Virus record (IMG/VR): IMGVR_UViG_3300001765_000052
Strand: one strand, 5' to 3'
DNA from: a virus
Length of the DNA: 64,000 nucleotides
Numbering within the stretch: the first letter of the stretch is position 1; every line of letters starts with the position of its first letter. The position numbers and the translations under genes were made by a program. The notes under the pieces were generated by a model. The model was not told the DNA's origin and made no database searches. It worked only from the letters and a program-made list of their open reading frames with translations. Below are positions 20,441-30,189 of this stretch, one piece after another.

Positions 20441-20519
20441 TCTAGATTTTTTCAATTGTATATTACTTTTATGAGATATTGTTTATTCAATGTAGTTATA
20501 CTACGAAGGGATTTAATTT
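20441..20519 (+). promoter_or_regulatory. early-promoter and leader module
   Basis: tctagattttttcaattgtatattac..., TGTAG/CTACG hairpin, then GAAGGG. Confidence 0.75.
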
Positions 20520-20900
20520 ATGAAAATGGTTATTGTGCGAGGTTTACCTGGTAGCGGTAAATCAACTATTGCAAAGCAATTAATTGGTAATGAAGTACAT
20601 ATCAAACATTTTGAAGCTGATATGTACTTCATGTCAAATGGTGCATATATATTCGATCATACAAGATTAAAAGAAGTGCACCAACAATGTCAAGCAGATG
20701 TGAAGTCTGCACTTCTTATCGGTTATGATGTTGTAGTTTCTAACACCTTCGTTAAGAAATGGGAAATAGAACCTTATCTTTTAATTGCAAAAGATATTGG
20801 TTGTGATGTTGAGGTAATTGTAGCAACTGGTGAATATAGTAATGTTCACGGTGTCCCAAAAGAGGTCATTGAAAGAATGAAATCAAATTGGGAGAGTTAA
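20520..20900 (+). CDS. P-loop kinase-like ATP-binding protein (AAA_33-like)
   Basis: IVRGLPGSGKST, EADMYF, VVVSNTF and NVHGVP motifs. Confidence 0.9.
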   Translation: MKMVIVRGLPGSGKSTIAKQLIGNEVHIKHFEADMYFMSNGAYIFDHTRLKEVHQQCQADVKSALLIGYDVVVSNTFVKKWEIEPYLLIAKDIGCDVEVIVATGEYSNVHGVPKEVIERMKSNWES

Positions 20901-20912
20901 TATAATTTCAAT

Positions 20913-20945
20913 AAATAAACCATTGTGGGCTCTTATTTTTTTTTT
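20913..20945 (+). repeat. conserved 3' element type A
   Basis: aaataaaccattgtgggctcttattttt. Confidence 0.9.
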
Positions 20946-20952
20946 CTCTTAA

Positions 20953-21032
20953 TCTAGATTTTTTCAATTATATATAACTAAACTGATATAATGTCTTATC
21001 AACAATGCGGCATAGCTGCGAAAGGGTTTTAG
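20953..21032 (+). promoter_or_regulatory. early-promoter and leader module
   Basis: tctagattttttcaattatatataac..., TGCGGC/GCTGCG hairpin, then AAAGGG. Confidence 0.75.
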
Positions 21033-21368
21033 ATGGAAACTGTGGATTGGGGATACTTAGCTGAACAGATAGAAATTATTAAAACTTTAAGTATTGTTGG
21101 AGGGCCATATGGAGGTATGGATAAAGAAAAACGTCTTAGAAGTGATTGGAAATTTTTATTTGAAATACTTTTGAAAAATAAAATGATTGCATTATCCAAA
21201 TCTTCAAAATTCAAACCAAAAATGGACCAACGTCTGCCTTATTATCCTTTTACTGAAATTTGTGACATAGGTCCAATAGAAGATTATGAAATTACAATTG
21301 GAGGAACAGTATATTTGAAAAAATTTCAAAATATGAAATTTCCAATAGAGAAAACTATTTGGGAATAA
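21033..21368 (+). CDS. hypothetical protein (cassette gene)
   Basis: 111-aa ORF between the conserved 5' and 3' elements. Confidence 0.75.
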   Translation: METVDWGYLAEQIEIIKTLSIVGGPYGGMDKEKRLRSDWKFLFEILLKNKMIALSKSSKFKPKMDQRLPYYPFTEICDIGPIEDYEITIGGTVYLKKFQNMKFPIEKTIWE

Positions 21369-21371
21369 AAT

Positions 21372-21408
21372 AAAAAAAATAACCCGGTGGCGGGCTCTAT
21401 TTTTTTTT
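21372..21408 (+). repeat. conserved 3' element type B
   Basis: aaataacccggtggcgggctctattttt. Variant copy at 58272. Confidence 0.85.
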
Positions 21409-21474
21409 GTTAAAAATAATCAATTTCACTAATTATTTGTAAGACCAACTTCTTTAACCAAAAGGTGATTAATA

Positions 21475-23937
21475 ATGAATCCACAATCAATTACAACAGA
21501 TGTACTTTTAGAAAAATATGCTAAAGGAAATGAAACCACAGAAAAAGATATTTTTTTGCGAGTAGCAAAAGGTGTTGCTTCTGTTGAAAAAGAAGAAGTA
21601 AGAAGCTATTGGGAAAATGCATTTCTCATTAATATGCAAAATGGTGCTATTGGTGCTGGTAGAATCATGTCAGCAGCGGGAACTAATATTGAAGCTACAC
21701 TTATTAATTGCTTTGTGCAAAATGTAGGCGATAGTATTCAAGGCGTTGATACTGATGGTAACCCAGGAATTTATGAAGCCCTCCGTGAAGCAGCTGAAAC
21801 ATTAAAACGCGGCGGTGGAGTAGGATATGATTTTTCTAAGATCCGTCCAAAGAATGCAAAAGTAGGTAAAGTAGGTGCTATGGCCAGTGGACCATGCAGC
21901 TATATGGATATTTTTGATACTAGTTGTAAAACAATTGAATCGGCTGGTCAACGCAGAGGTGCGCAGATGGGCGTATTGCGTATTGATCATCCAGATGTAT
22001 TAGAATTTATTAAAGCCAAAAGAACCAAAGGTCGTTGGAATAATTTTAATGTATCTTTGTTTATTACAGATTCATTTATGAATCTAAAAAATAACAATAA
22101 AGAAATTGAATTAGTGCACAAAGCTGAACCGTCAAATAAGTTGAAAAAAGAAGGTGCTTATTTACGAGGTGATGGTTTATGGGTATATTCAAAAGTATCT
22201 TCAACAGAACTTTGGGATACTATCATGCAATCTAATTATGATTATGCCGAGCCTGGAGTGTTGTTTGGCGATACTGCAAACAATGACAATAATTTACGCT
22301 ATTGTGAAACATTTGAAGCATGTAACCCATGTGCCGAGCAGTTCCTACCATCCAATGGATGTTGCGATTTAGGTCCAATTATTCTGCCTAAATTTGTAAA
22401 AGACCCATTTAAACTCAATGCTACTTTTGATACAGTAGCATTGAGTAAAACGGTAGCTATTCAAGTAAGATTTTTAGATAATGTTTTAGATGCGACACTT
22501 TGGCCATTAGAAGCGCAAAGAAAAGAATCTGAAAATAAACGTAGAATTGGTATTGGATTTACTGGATTAGCTAACACATTAGCTATGTTAAACCTTAAAT
22601 ACAATAGTCCAGAAGGATTAAAGAAAGCAGCAGAAATTGCTGAATTAATGAGGGATATTGCATATAAAACATCTATTGATTTAGCTAAAGAAAGAGGTGC
22701 ATTTCCACTTTTGAATGTAGCTGAATATTTAAAAGAAGGTACATTTGCATCCAGACTACCCGAAACATTAAAGAGTCTAATTAAAGAATTTGGTATTCGT
22801 AATTCTCATCTGTTAAGTATTGCACCAGTAGGAACAGTTTCATTAGCTTTTGCAGATAATGCTAGCAATGGAATTGAACCACCATATAGTTTAGCTTACA
22901 CTCGTAAAAAACGCATGGCTGATGGTACCACACAAGAGTATTTAGTAGTAGATCATTCTATTCGTGTTTATCTTGATACATTAGATTCATCATACTCTAA
23001 TAGTATTCTAGAAGCCATTGTTAATTATAAAGATTCTTTTACATTTTTAAATAATGAAATTAAATTAAAATCCATTCTTCCGCCATCAATAGTGACTGCA
23101 TTAGAACTAACACCATTTGAACATTTAGCAATGTTGGAAGTAGTGCAACCATTTATTGATAGTAGTATATCAAAAACCATTAATTGTCCCGAAGACATTA
23201 AATATGAAGAATTTAAATTTATTTATGATAAAGCACATATTTCTAAATTAAAAGGTGTAGCTACATATAGACCTAATAATATTTTAGGGTCAGTATTAAG
23301 TATAGATAAACCTAAAGAAACTATTATTCAAACTAACAATATAAATGAAATCGATCCTAATAATGTTTTAATTGCTAAAAGACCTACTGGTAAATTACAA
23401 TCAGTTACAGATAAGATTCAGTATTATGGAGATAACGGAGATTACACATTTTACGTTACTGTATCATTTATGAAAATTGATGGTATTAAAAATGGTACTA
23501 AAGTTATTATAGATAGACCTATTGAAATTTTCATTACAGTTTCTCCTGAGAGTGTTCCAGCTGAATGGGTGACAGTATATTCCAGAACTATGTCTTTGAT
23601 TGCCAGAACAAGTTATAGTTTGTTTACAAAAGCATTACAAGACAATAGATCTATTTCTACCGGTAAACATCAAATAAGATATGATTGGTATACCAAGGAA
23701 GATGGAACAAAAGTGCCTCGTCATCATAACTCAGATGTAGCTGTTATTTCTTATGCTATTCAACAAATTTTAGCAGGAAAAGATGATAGTGTTATTGAAA
23801 CAGTGATGCCTGAAGTTAATGTTAAACGTAAAAGTTTAGCTGGTAAAGAGTGCCCCGAATGTGGCGCTCGTGCCCTCATGAAAGTAGACAATTGCGAAAG
23901 ATGTGATGCATGTAACTATATTGGAAGTTGCGGTTAA
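21475..23937 (+). CDS. nrdJ: adenosylcobalamin-dependent (class II) ribonucleotide reductase
   Basis: AGRI, TLINCFV, GGGVGYDFS, RRGAQMG, NPCAEQ, CDLG, IAPVGT and DSSISKTIN motifs, plus a C-terminal CPECG...C..C zinc ribbon. No small-subunit gene adjacent. Confidence 0.9.
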   Translation: MNPQSITTDVLLEKYAKGNETTEKDIFLRVAKGVASVEKEEVRSYWENAFLINMQNGAIGAGRIMSAAGTNIEATLINCFVQNVGDSIQGVDTDGNPGIYEALREAAETLKRGGGVGYDFSKIRPKNAKVGKVGAMASGPCSYMDIFDTSCKTIESAGQRRGAQMGVLRIDHPDVLEFIKAKRTKGRWNNFNVSLFITDSFMNLKNNNKEIELVHKAEPSNKLKKEGAYLRGDGLWVYSKVSSTELWDTIMQSNYDYAEPGVLFGDTANNDNNLRYCETFEACNPCAEQFLPSNGCCDLGPIILPKFVKDPFKLNATFDTVALSKTVAIQVRFLDNVLDATLWPLEAQRKESENKRRIGIGFTGLANTLAMLNLKYNSPEGLKKAAEIAELMRDIAYKTSIDLAKERGAFPLLNVAEYLKEGTFASRLPETLKSLIKEFGIRNSHLLSIAPVGTVSLAFADNASNGIEPPYSLAYTRKKRMADGTTQEYLVVDHSIRVYLDTLDSSYSNSILEAIVNYKDSFTFLNNEIKLKSILPPSIVTALELTPFEHLAMLEVVQPFIDSSISKTINCPEDIKYEEFKFIYDKAHISKLKGVATYRPNNILGSVLSIDKPKETIIQTNNINEIDPNNVLIAKRPTGKLQSVTDKIQYYGDNGDYTFYVTVSFMKIDGIKNGTKVIIDRPIEIFITVSPESVPAEWVTVYSRTMSLIARTSYSLFTKALQDNRSISTGKHQIRYDWYTKEDGTKVPRHHNSDVAVISYAIQQILAGKDDSVIETVMPEVNVKRKSLAGKECPECGARALMKVDNCERCDACNYIGSCG

Positions 23938-23944
23938 AACATAT

Positions 23945-23980
23945 ATAATCTAGTTAAGTTTTTAAACTTAACTAGATTAT
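23945..23980. terminator. hairpin terminator
   Basis: ataatctagttaagttt-tt-aaacttaactagattat. Confidence 0.65.
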
Positions 23981-24004
23981 TAAATTTATTTTTGAAAGTT
24001 TATC

Positions 24005-24655
24005 ATGAAATCATTAGTTTTATACTCTACCATTGCAGGTGGTTTTTACACGCATACTGAAAATCTAGAAAAAGCTATTGGCATAGCTAGATCAAACGTA
24101 GGTGACGATGTATGGAAAAAAGGCTTTTCTGGAAAAGATTCATCTGGTGCTACTGCTGCAGCTATTACTGAATTGAATGTTGCAGGTATTGAACCTGTCA
24201 AAGTAGAAGGTGAGTTGAAGAATGTAAGCTTTGTGGAAAACAAAGATGGTGCAGGAAATGTTTATCCTAAACTAAGAGTGGATATTGCAAATGGTGATAA
24301 TGTAATGTTATTATCATTAGATCTAAAGAGCGATGTTGCACAACGGTTAATTGCTAAGTTAGATAATTGCCAGCCAGGTGACCATGTAAAGGTAGCTGCA
24401 TGGGCTAGTCCTGTAGACAGAGGTGAGCGCACTTTCATTAACCATGCTGTCAGTGTCAAGGGCGGACAAGGTGAAGAAGTCAAAGTTAATCCTGAATTCT
24501 CTAGCAACATAAAGAACCAAACTGAAGCTTTAGAGAATACTCTAAAGTCAGCTGGCATTAATGATGTAAAAGTTATTTCGGCAGCTAAAACAAATAAACG
24601 AATTGAAGCACATAAAGAAAAGTTGCTTGACATACAAAATAGATTTAAAACTTAA
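24005..24655 (+). CDS. hypothetical protein
   Basis: 216-aa ORF with highly-expressed-type codon usage. Confidence 0.8.
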   Translation: MKSLVLYSTIAGGFYTHTENLEKAIGIARSNVGDDVWKKGFSGKDSSGATAAAITELNVAGIEPVKVEGELKNVSFVENKDGAGNVYPKLRVDIANGDNVMLLSLDLKSDVAQRLIAKLDNCQPGDHVKVAAWASPVDRGERTFINHAVSVKGGQGEEVKVNPEFSSNIKNQTEALENTLKSAGINDVKVISAAKTNKRIEAHKEKLLDIQNRFKT

Positions 24656-24733
24656 TCCAGATTTTTTCAATCTTATATTACATTAATGAGATAGTGTCTT
24701 AGTTAATGCTACATAGTAGCGAAAGGATTTATT
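24656..24733 (+). promoter_or_regulatory. early-promoter and leader module
   Basis: tccagattttttcaatcttatattac..., TGCTAC/GTAGCG hairpin, then AAAGGA. Confidence 0.75.
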
Positions 24734-25057
24734 ATGAGTGAGTTTTTTCAATGTAAAAGTGAAAAAGATTGTTATGTAGGGTTAACTAAAAACGCCACAG
24801 ATGTTGTTCAAAGTTTACTTTTAATAAAAGGTAAAATAGGTGAGCGCGTGTGGAAACACCTCGATGATGAGTTTCATGAAAAAATCACAGCATCCGTTTA
24901 TATAAACGGAGGAAGTCACATATTTAGTCACCTTACATTAAAGAATAATGAAGGTGAGCATGATTGTTTTGGCTGGACATATAAAGAATATGTCGAAGGT
25001 GGTTTTGATTGGATTTCTGGAGAACAGTGTTGGTTTGGAAAAACCAACATAATGTAA
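24734..25057 (+). CDS. hypothetical protein (cassette gene)
   Basis: 107-aa ORF between the conserved elements. Confidence 0.8.
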   Translation: MSEFFQCKSEKDCYVGLTKNATDVVQSLLLIKGKIGERVWKHLDDEFHEKITASVYINGGSHIFSHLTLKNNEGEHDCFGWTYKEYVEGGFDWISGEQCWFGKTNIM

Positions 25058-25072
25058 ATTCTGTTTTAATTA

Positions 25073-25103
25073 AAAATAAACCATTGTGGGCTCTTATTTT
25101 TTT
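25073..25103 (+). repeat. conserved 3' element type A
   Basis: aaataaaccattgtgggctcttattttt. Confidence 0.9.
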
Positions 25104-25161
25104 GTTTCAAAATAAATTTAGCCATATATTACTAATATGTAATAACTTAAAGGAAACTAAA

Positions 25162-25425
25162 ATGCCAGACTTTAAATTACCATTTATTTATGCAACTGTA
25201 ACAAATAATACAAATCCAAATGATCTAGTGGTTTCCGAATGGACGGTTATTATTAGCGAACCGGGAATCTTCGGTATCGATCCAGCTACTTTTATTCTTA
25301 CTGAACCAATTACTCGTTTAGTATGTCCGACGAGCACACAAGAAGAAGAAGTGTTAAACCAGAAAATATTTCCTACATATCAAGATGCTTGGAATTATGT
25401 TCAGGATTGGTGGGTTGTTCAATGA
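25162..25425 (+). CDS. hypothetical protein
   Basis: Likely start is ATG 25162 after AAGGA. Early-promoter motif catatattactaatatg at about 25123. Confidence 0.7.
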   Translation: MPDFKLPFIYATVTNNTNPNDLVVSEWTVIISEPGIFGIDPATFILTEPITRLVCPTSTQEEEVLNQKIFPTYQDAWNYVQDWWVVQ

Positions 25426-25527
25426 TATAAACTAATTAAAAAATAAATAAATAAATATTTTTAATGGTATGTAAATTAAATAATTTACATATTTAAATCA
25501 AATCCTTAAAAAGAAAGAGGTAATGTT

Positions 25528-26073
25528 TTGCAATATATCAAATTAATATTTTTATATTTATGTTTATTTACAACTAATGTTTTTTCAGATACGTTAGATA
25601 GATTTATAGCATCGTTAGATGAGCAAGCTACTTCTGCTGAGTGGGTAGTAAAAAATGCACAAACAAAATTAACTCAGCAACAAGCGCAATCCATAGTGTC
25701 ACACACTTACGCGCACTCGTTATCAAACGATATCAATCCGAAACTATTACTGGCTCTAATAAAAACAGAAAGTGGTTTCATCAAAAATGCAAAATCCAAT
25801 CATAAAGCAATTGGCTTAACGCAGATAATTCAAAAATGGCATAAAAAGAAATTAAAAAATAGAAGTCCATTAAATCCTGTGGTAGCTATCGAAGTTGGAA
25901 CACTTATATTAAAAGAATGTTTCGTTTCAAACAAAAATAATGAAGTAAAAGCTTTATCTTGTTACAACGGATCTAAAAATAAAATTTATTTTAATAAAGT
26001 AAAGAAACAGGAGCATATACTCTCTACTTATATTAAAAATCAAACAATATTAACATTAGCACAAAACAATTAA
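25528..26073 (+). CDS. lytic transglycosylase (SLT domain) with signal peptide
   Basis: LLALIKTESGF..AKS..AIGLTQI and AL.CYNG motifs. Confidence 0.85.
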   Translation: MQYIKLIFLYLCLFTTNVFSDTLDRFIASLDEQATSAEWVVKNAQTKLTQQQAQSIVSHTYAHSLSNDINPKLLLALIKTESGFIKNAKSNHKAIGLTQIIQKWHKKKLKNRSPLNPVVAIEVGTLILKECFVSNKNNEVKALSCYNGSKNKIYFNKVKKQEHILSTYIKNQTILTLAQNN

Positions 26074-26229
26074 ACATTACTGTTTTTAAACATATGCAAT
26101 CATTAATACAATTATTTAACACCATAGGAATGAATCCAATTTTGATTTACAGTATATGTTTCTTGAACATAAAGAAAATTATAGATCTTTTATAGAAAAA
26201 TTACAATTATTAAATTAAATATAAACAAA

Positions 26230-26616
26230 ATGTTTACATGGCAAAGACGTGGTGGCTACGAAGTGTCAACTAAAGGTGATAAACGATTCAGTGCATTTAA
26301 TGCAATATTATCAGATGGGTTGAGTATTGAGATTACATATCAAACAAAAATAAAAGGCTACGATACTTGGCGCGAAGGAAAAGGTAAAGTGCCAATAAAT
26401 CAAAATGTAGATCTTTGGAAAGAGTATCTTAACTTATGGAGAATTTGGGCAAATAATAATTTACCTTTGATGCGGGAATTATACTTTCTAGCAAAAAATA
26501 AAAATTATATTTTATCTGATTGTTTCGCAAACACACCTATAAATCAAGCGCATGCATTAGCAGAAATTTTAAACGAGTTAATTGAAGGAAGTAAACATGA
26601 ACACAGAAATAGTTGA
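26230..26616 (+). CDS. conserved phage hypothetical protein
   Basis: YEVSTKGDKRFSAFNA...QAHALAEIL pattern. Confidence 0.75.
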   Translation: MFTWQRRGGYEVSTKGDKRFSAFNAILSDGLSIEITYQTKIKGYDTWREGKGKVPINQNVDLWKEYLNLWRIWANNNLPLMRELYFLAKNKNYILSDCFANTPINQAHALAEILNELIEGSKHEHRNS

Positions 26617-27025
26617 AGGCGAATATCTTGGAAGCATTACTTTTCTCAACATGACCGGGGATATTAGTCTAGCTTTCGGTGAATCTAATAGAGAAGCAAT
26701 GTTAAAACTTATTCGTAAGAAAATGAAAGAAGGGTATACATTTTTTACAGTGAAAACATATCCATTTAAAAAATTAACCCGAAAAGTAAAAGTAACATCT
26801 AAGAATATTGACAATATCAATGAAATTATTATAACTGATGAACAGTTTAATAAAATGGTATCAGATATGGATGATAAGGATATTGCAACAGTTGTTATTG
26901 ATAATAAAGTAAATCTGGTTAAGAGACAAGGTAAATCAGAATTTACTACACTTAAACGAGCTAATGATGCTGAAGATGTTATTGATAAAAACTCAATAGC
27001 TATTAGACCTATTTACGGTGGATAA
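26597..27025 (+). CDS. hypothetical protein
   Basis: ATG 26597 after GAAGGA. Confidence 0.75.
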   Translation: MNTEIVEGEYLGSITFLNMTGDISLAFGESNREAMLKLIRKKMKEGYTFFTVKTYPFKKLTRKVKVTSKNIDNINEIIITDEQFNKMVSDMDDKDIATVVIDNKVNLVKRQGKSEFTTLKRANDAEDVIDKNSIAIRPIYGG

Positions 27026-27042
27026 AATTTAAGAGGCGTGTA

Positions 27043-27741
27043 ATGCCTATTTTAATTACAAGACCAACACAAACAAATGGTGCTTATTATAGTGGCCCTA
27101 ATACAAGTACAATTATTACATCTACAATAACACCATTTTATTTTCATGCACCTAATACTTATAACAATTCTACAACACTCGCTACAACAAGTACAAATTT
27201 AATTTATTATCCTGGAACTAGTAGCACTTTTATACACTCTGGATTTCAAAATCATAATCTATATTACCCGAGTACCGTTGAATTTTATCCAAAGAAAAAA
27301 CTTATTCCGATAAGAGATGCAAAAAGTTCTATAAAAAGAGCTTTAAAATTATTGGATAATTTTAATATGCAGGATGATATCAAAATTTTCTTGAGTGGTA
27401 AAGATATAGAGATAAGTCATCCCGATTCAATCTATAAATTTGTGTTATCAATGAAGCCAGGTACACTAATTAGTAATACAGAAAAAAGTGGCTATACTAC
27501 ACCTTATAATTTATCCCTGTATACTAAAACAAACATTTATATTTCTAATCTATGTGTCTATCTAAAGGATACTCCGATATTAGATACAGTTTTAGCTATG
27601 GCAATGTTTATTAAATCTGGTGATGAAGAATTGCTATTAACTAAAGCAAATTTTTATAAGTTAACAAAAGATATTATGCTACTAGAAGATTTATCTAATA
27701 GAGCACCTTATCTAAAAAATAAATTCCATCTTAATAAATAA
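27043..27741 (+). CDS. hypothetical protein with Thr-rich N-terminus
   Basis: ORF with SD GAGG. Confidence 0.75.
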   Translation: MPILITRPTQTNGAYYSGPNTSTIITSTITPFYFHAPNTYNNSTTLATTSTNLIYYPGTSSTFIHSGFQNHNLYYPSTVEFYPKKKLIPIRDAKSSIKRALKLLDNFNMQDDIKIFLSGKDIEISHPDSIYKFVLSMKPGTLISNTEKSGYTTPYNLSLYTKTNIYISNLCVYLKDTPILDTVLAMAMFIKSGDEELLLTKANFYKLTKDIMLLEDLSNRAPYLKNKFHLNK

Positions 27742-27749
27742 GAAAATAA

Positions 27750-28148
27750 ATGAATATTGTTAATTTTCAAAACGAAATTTCATTAGAAATTAATGAAATT
27801 ATATCAACCTGGTTAGAAAATAATACCCTATATACCGAAAGACTGAATTTATACAATTACCCACGATGGGCAATAATTAGACTTTGTAATAATTATGAAA
27901 CAAACAATACATTAATAAAATATATTAGAAGTATTAATAATTGTTGTACTGATAAAAACTCTGTCGTAAATTCATTAACTAAAATTTATTTATTATTAAT
28001 GTTAAAGTATGCAGATATTGATATAAAGATATCTGTACCATTTAGAAAAAATGTTTATAAAGCGAGATTAAACAATTTTTTAAATAAATTACATTCTAGT
28101 ATTAAAGACGTTACACATTTAATAAAGACAAGTGAAAATGCATACTAA
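27750..28148 (+). CDS. hypothetical protein
   Basis: ORF in the operon. Confidence 0.6.
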   Translation: MNIVNFQNEISLEINEIISTWLENNTLYTERLNLYNYPRWAIIRLCNNYETNNTLIKYIRSINNCCTDKNSVVNSLTKIYLLLMLKYADIDIKISVPFRKNVYKARLNNFLNKLHSSIKDVTHLIKTSENAY

Positions 28149-28548
28149 ATCAGATATGTTAGTAATTAAAGTTTTAAATGAAACTGTAAAAAAACAAATT
28201 ATATTAGCTAAATCATCCTGTATATTAGCTAATAAAACATTAATATCTAAAACAAAATTAGATAAAATTGTAGCACCTGAATTAAAATTAACATTTGATG
28301 TAGAAAAAAATAATTTAGTTAAAAATTTAGAAAAACTAAATGAATCTATAATTTCAGCATCAGCTCAATCTATCCAGCATTTTGCAAAAGCAAAAGAATA
28401 TTCACTTTTATTTGATAAAGAAAATGAAAAAAATAAAATGCAAGAATTATTAAGTAAAATTATTAGAGAAACTAAGTTGACTGCAGTAAGTCAACAAATA
28501 GCAACAGATGCTTTTAACATATATCTAAAATTAATTATTTCCTTATGA
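28132..28548 (+). CDS. hypothetical protein
   Basis: ORF in the operon. Confidence 0.6.
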   Translation: MKMHTKSDMLVIKVLNETVKKQIILAKSSCILANKTLISKTKLDKIVAPELKLTFDVEKNNLVKNLEKLNESIISASAQSIQHFAKAKEYSLLFDKENEKNKMQELLSKIIRETKLTAVSQQIATDAFNIYLKLIISL

Positions 28549-28862
28549 TCAATGACTTGCAAAAATATTCACTTAAAGCAATTATTTTCGATAAAAAAAA
28601 TAATGTTTTAAGTATTGGATATAATTCATATGTCAAAACTCATCCGTATATGGCAGCACTCTCTGCCAGTTTTAATGAGCCATATAAAATTTACTTGCAT
28701 GCTGAAGTAGCTGCTATTCTCAAATGTCGAGATTTAACAAAAGCTCATCGAATACTCGTTACTAGAGTAGGTAAATCAGGTAATATTTTATTAGCTAAAC
28801 CATGTAAAATTTGTCAATCGGCAATTGAAGCTGCCGGTATTAAAATTGTAGAACATTCATAG
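28545..28862 (+). CDS. cytidine/dCMP deaminase-family protein
   Basis: IGYN, HAE and PCKIC zinc motifs. Confidence 0.85.
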   Translation: MINDLQKYSLKAIIFDKKNNVLSIGYNSYVKTHPYMAALSASFNEPYKIYLHAEVAAILKCRDLTKAHRILVTRVGKSGNILLAKPCKICQSAIEAAGIKIVEHS

Positions 28863-28871
28863 GAGTTTAAT

Positions 28872-29093
28872 ATGTCAATTGAAAATAACGTAGTCGATAT
28901 TAAAAGTATTCGTGCTAAAGCAGAAAAAGCCATTTTATTTAAAAACTCAAAAGGTCTTTTTTTAAGGATAATTTTTTGTGAAGAAGATCAGTTTTTCTGT
29001 GAAGACGAGAATACTTCTATAACTTATGCAGTAGAATATTCTAGTGTAGATACTAAAAAAGAAGCTTTTTACGAATTAACGTTAATTGAATAA
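28872..29093 (+). CDS. hypothetical protein
   Basis: AGGAG SD. Confidence 0.7.
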   Translation: MSIENNVVDIKSIRAKAEKAILFKNSKGLFLRIIFCEEDQFFCEDENTSITYAVEYSSVDTKKEAFYELTLIE

Positions 29094-29104
29094 AGGAGTA
29101 AATA

Positions 29105-29404
29105 ATGGAACGGCCTCTTTCAGCAGGTGATGTTTGTATTATTATAAATGGATTATCTCGTACAAAAAGCCCAAATATAGGTAAAATAGTCACAATCGAT
29201 AAACGAGTGTTTGGTGCACATGGAATGGACCACTCTCAATATGGTCCAGTATACAAATGTATCGGTCAAGAACTTTGGCAGCTTGGCGATAATGGTGAAT
29301 TCTTTTCTGTTACATCAGCAGATATTCCAGGTATCTGGTTAAAAAGAATTGACCCACCAAAACTTAATAAAGCTATAGAAAAAGTAATGGAAACAGAGAA
29401 GTAA
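29105..29404 (+). CDS. hypothetical protein (SH3-like fold possible)
   Basis: AAGGAG SD. 'LSAGDVCIII...NIGKIVT...WLKRIDPP'. Confidence 0.7.
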   Translation: MERPLSAGDVCIIINGLSRTKSPNIGKIVTIDKRVFGAHGMDHSQYGPVYKCIGQELWQLGDNGEFFSVTSADIPGIWLKRIDPPKLNKAIEKVMETEK

Positions 29405-29435
29405 GTGTGTAGCGTGTTAACTAAAAGGAGTTAAG

Positions 29436-29756
29436 ATGTCATCAGATGACGGTATTTATATATTATCTACAGTATGCGACAGAAAAAATATAGAAGGTAA
29501 TTGGTCAACAATTAAATGCGAACCTTATAAAGTATATAGAGTAGCATATGCGCAAGCAATAGATAATTTTTACTGGTATAAAGAACACGAAATATATAAC
29601 TTAGGTTCATATATGCAATTAATTTGGGGTAAATCTAAAGTACATACAGATATAAAAGATGCATACTTAGAAGCAACAGATATAGTTAAGAAAAACCCGT
29701 ACTTAGAGTATGGTATTAATAATATTGAAACAGATATGCATTTTTACGGAGACTGA
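29436..29756 (+). CDS. hypothetical protein
   Basis: AAGGAG SD. Confidence 0.75.
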   Translation: MSSDDGIYILSTVCDRKNIEGNWSTIKCEPYKVYRVAYAQAIDNFYWYKEHEIYNLGSYMQLIWGKSKVHTDIKDAYLEATDIVKKNPYLEYGINNIETDMHFYGD

Positions 29757-29832
29757 TAAATATTTTTATAATAATCTAGATTTAAATCTAGATTATTATA
29801 GTGACATATTACTAACTTGGAGTTTAAACAAA

Positions 29833-30189
29833 ATGAACCGGTCGACACTAAGTAGCTTCGTCATAGACAAAAAGTATTATGCACATGTATTTGATAATGA
29901 TAATGATTCAACATACATTATTAATAGTGAGGAGGTTATTCTCTATGAAGTAGATTACGAAGGATCTGTATTAGAATATACAAATAATATTCCTAATAAA
30001 TGCATAGGTAATTTTAAATTTAATCCATATCCTAATTGGGTATTTGTGGCTAACAAAAAAGATACAAATCAAATACATTTTAATAGTACAGATATAGACT
30101 TGATTCAGTTAGAGTTTTTATTCTTTAAAAACTATATTACATCTTTAATACAAGGAAACGAAAATGAAACTTTATACAATTCTCGCTAG
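29833..30189 (+). CDS. hypothetical protein
   Basis: ATG after GGAG, downstream of the promoter motif acatattactaacttg. Confidence 0.55.
   Translation: MNRSTLSSFVIDKKYYAHVFDNDNDSTYIINSEEVILYEVDYEGSVLEYTNNIPNKCIGNFKFNPYPNWVFVANKKDTNQIHFNSTDIDLIQLEFLFFKNYITSLIQGNENETLYNSR

Noticed and set aside
13913-25103. Identical 28-nt repeats as a CRISPR array
   Set aside because: The copies are kilobases apart and separated by genes, with no spacer periodicity and no cas genes.
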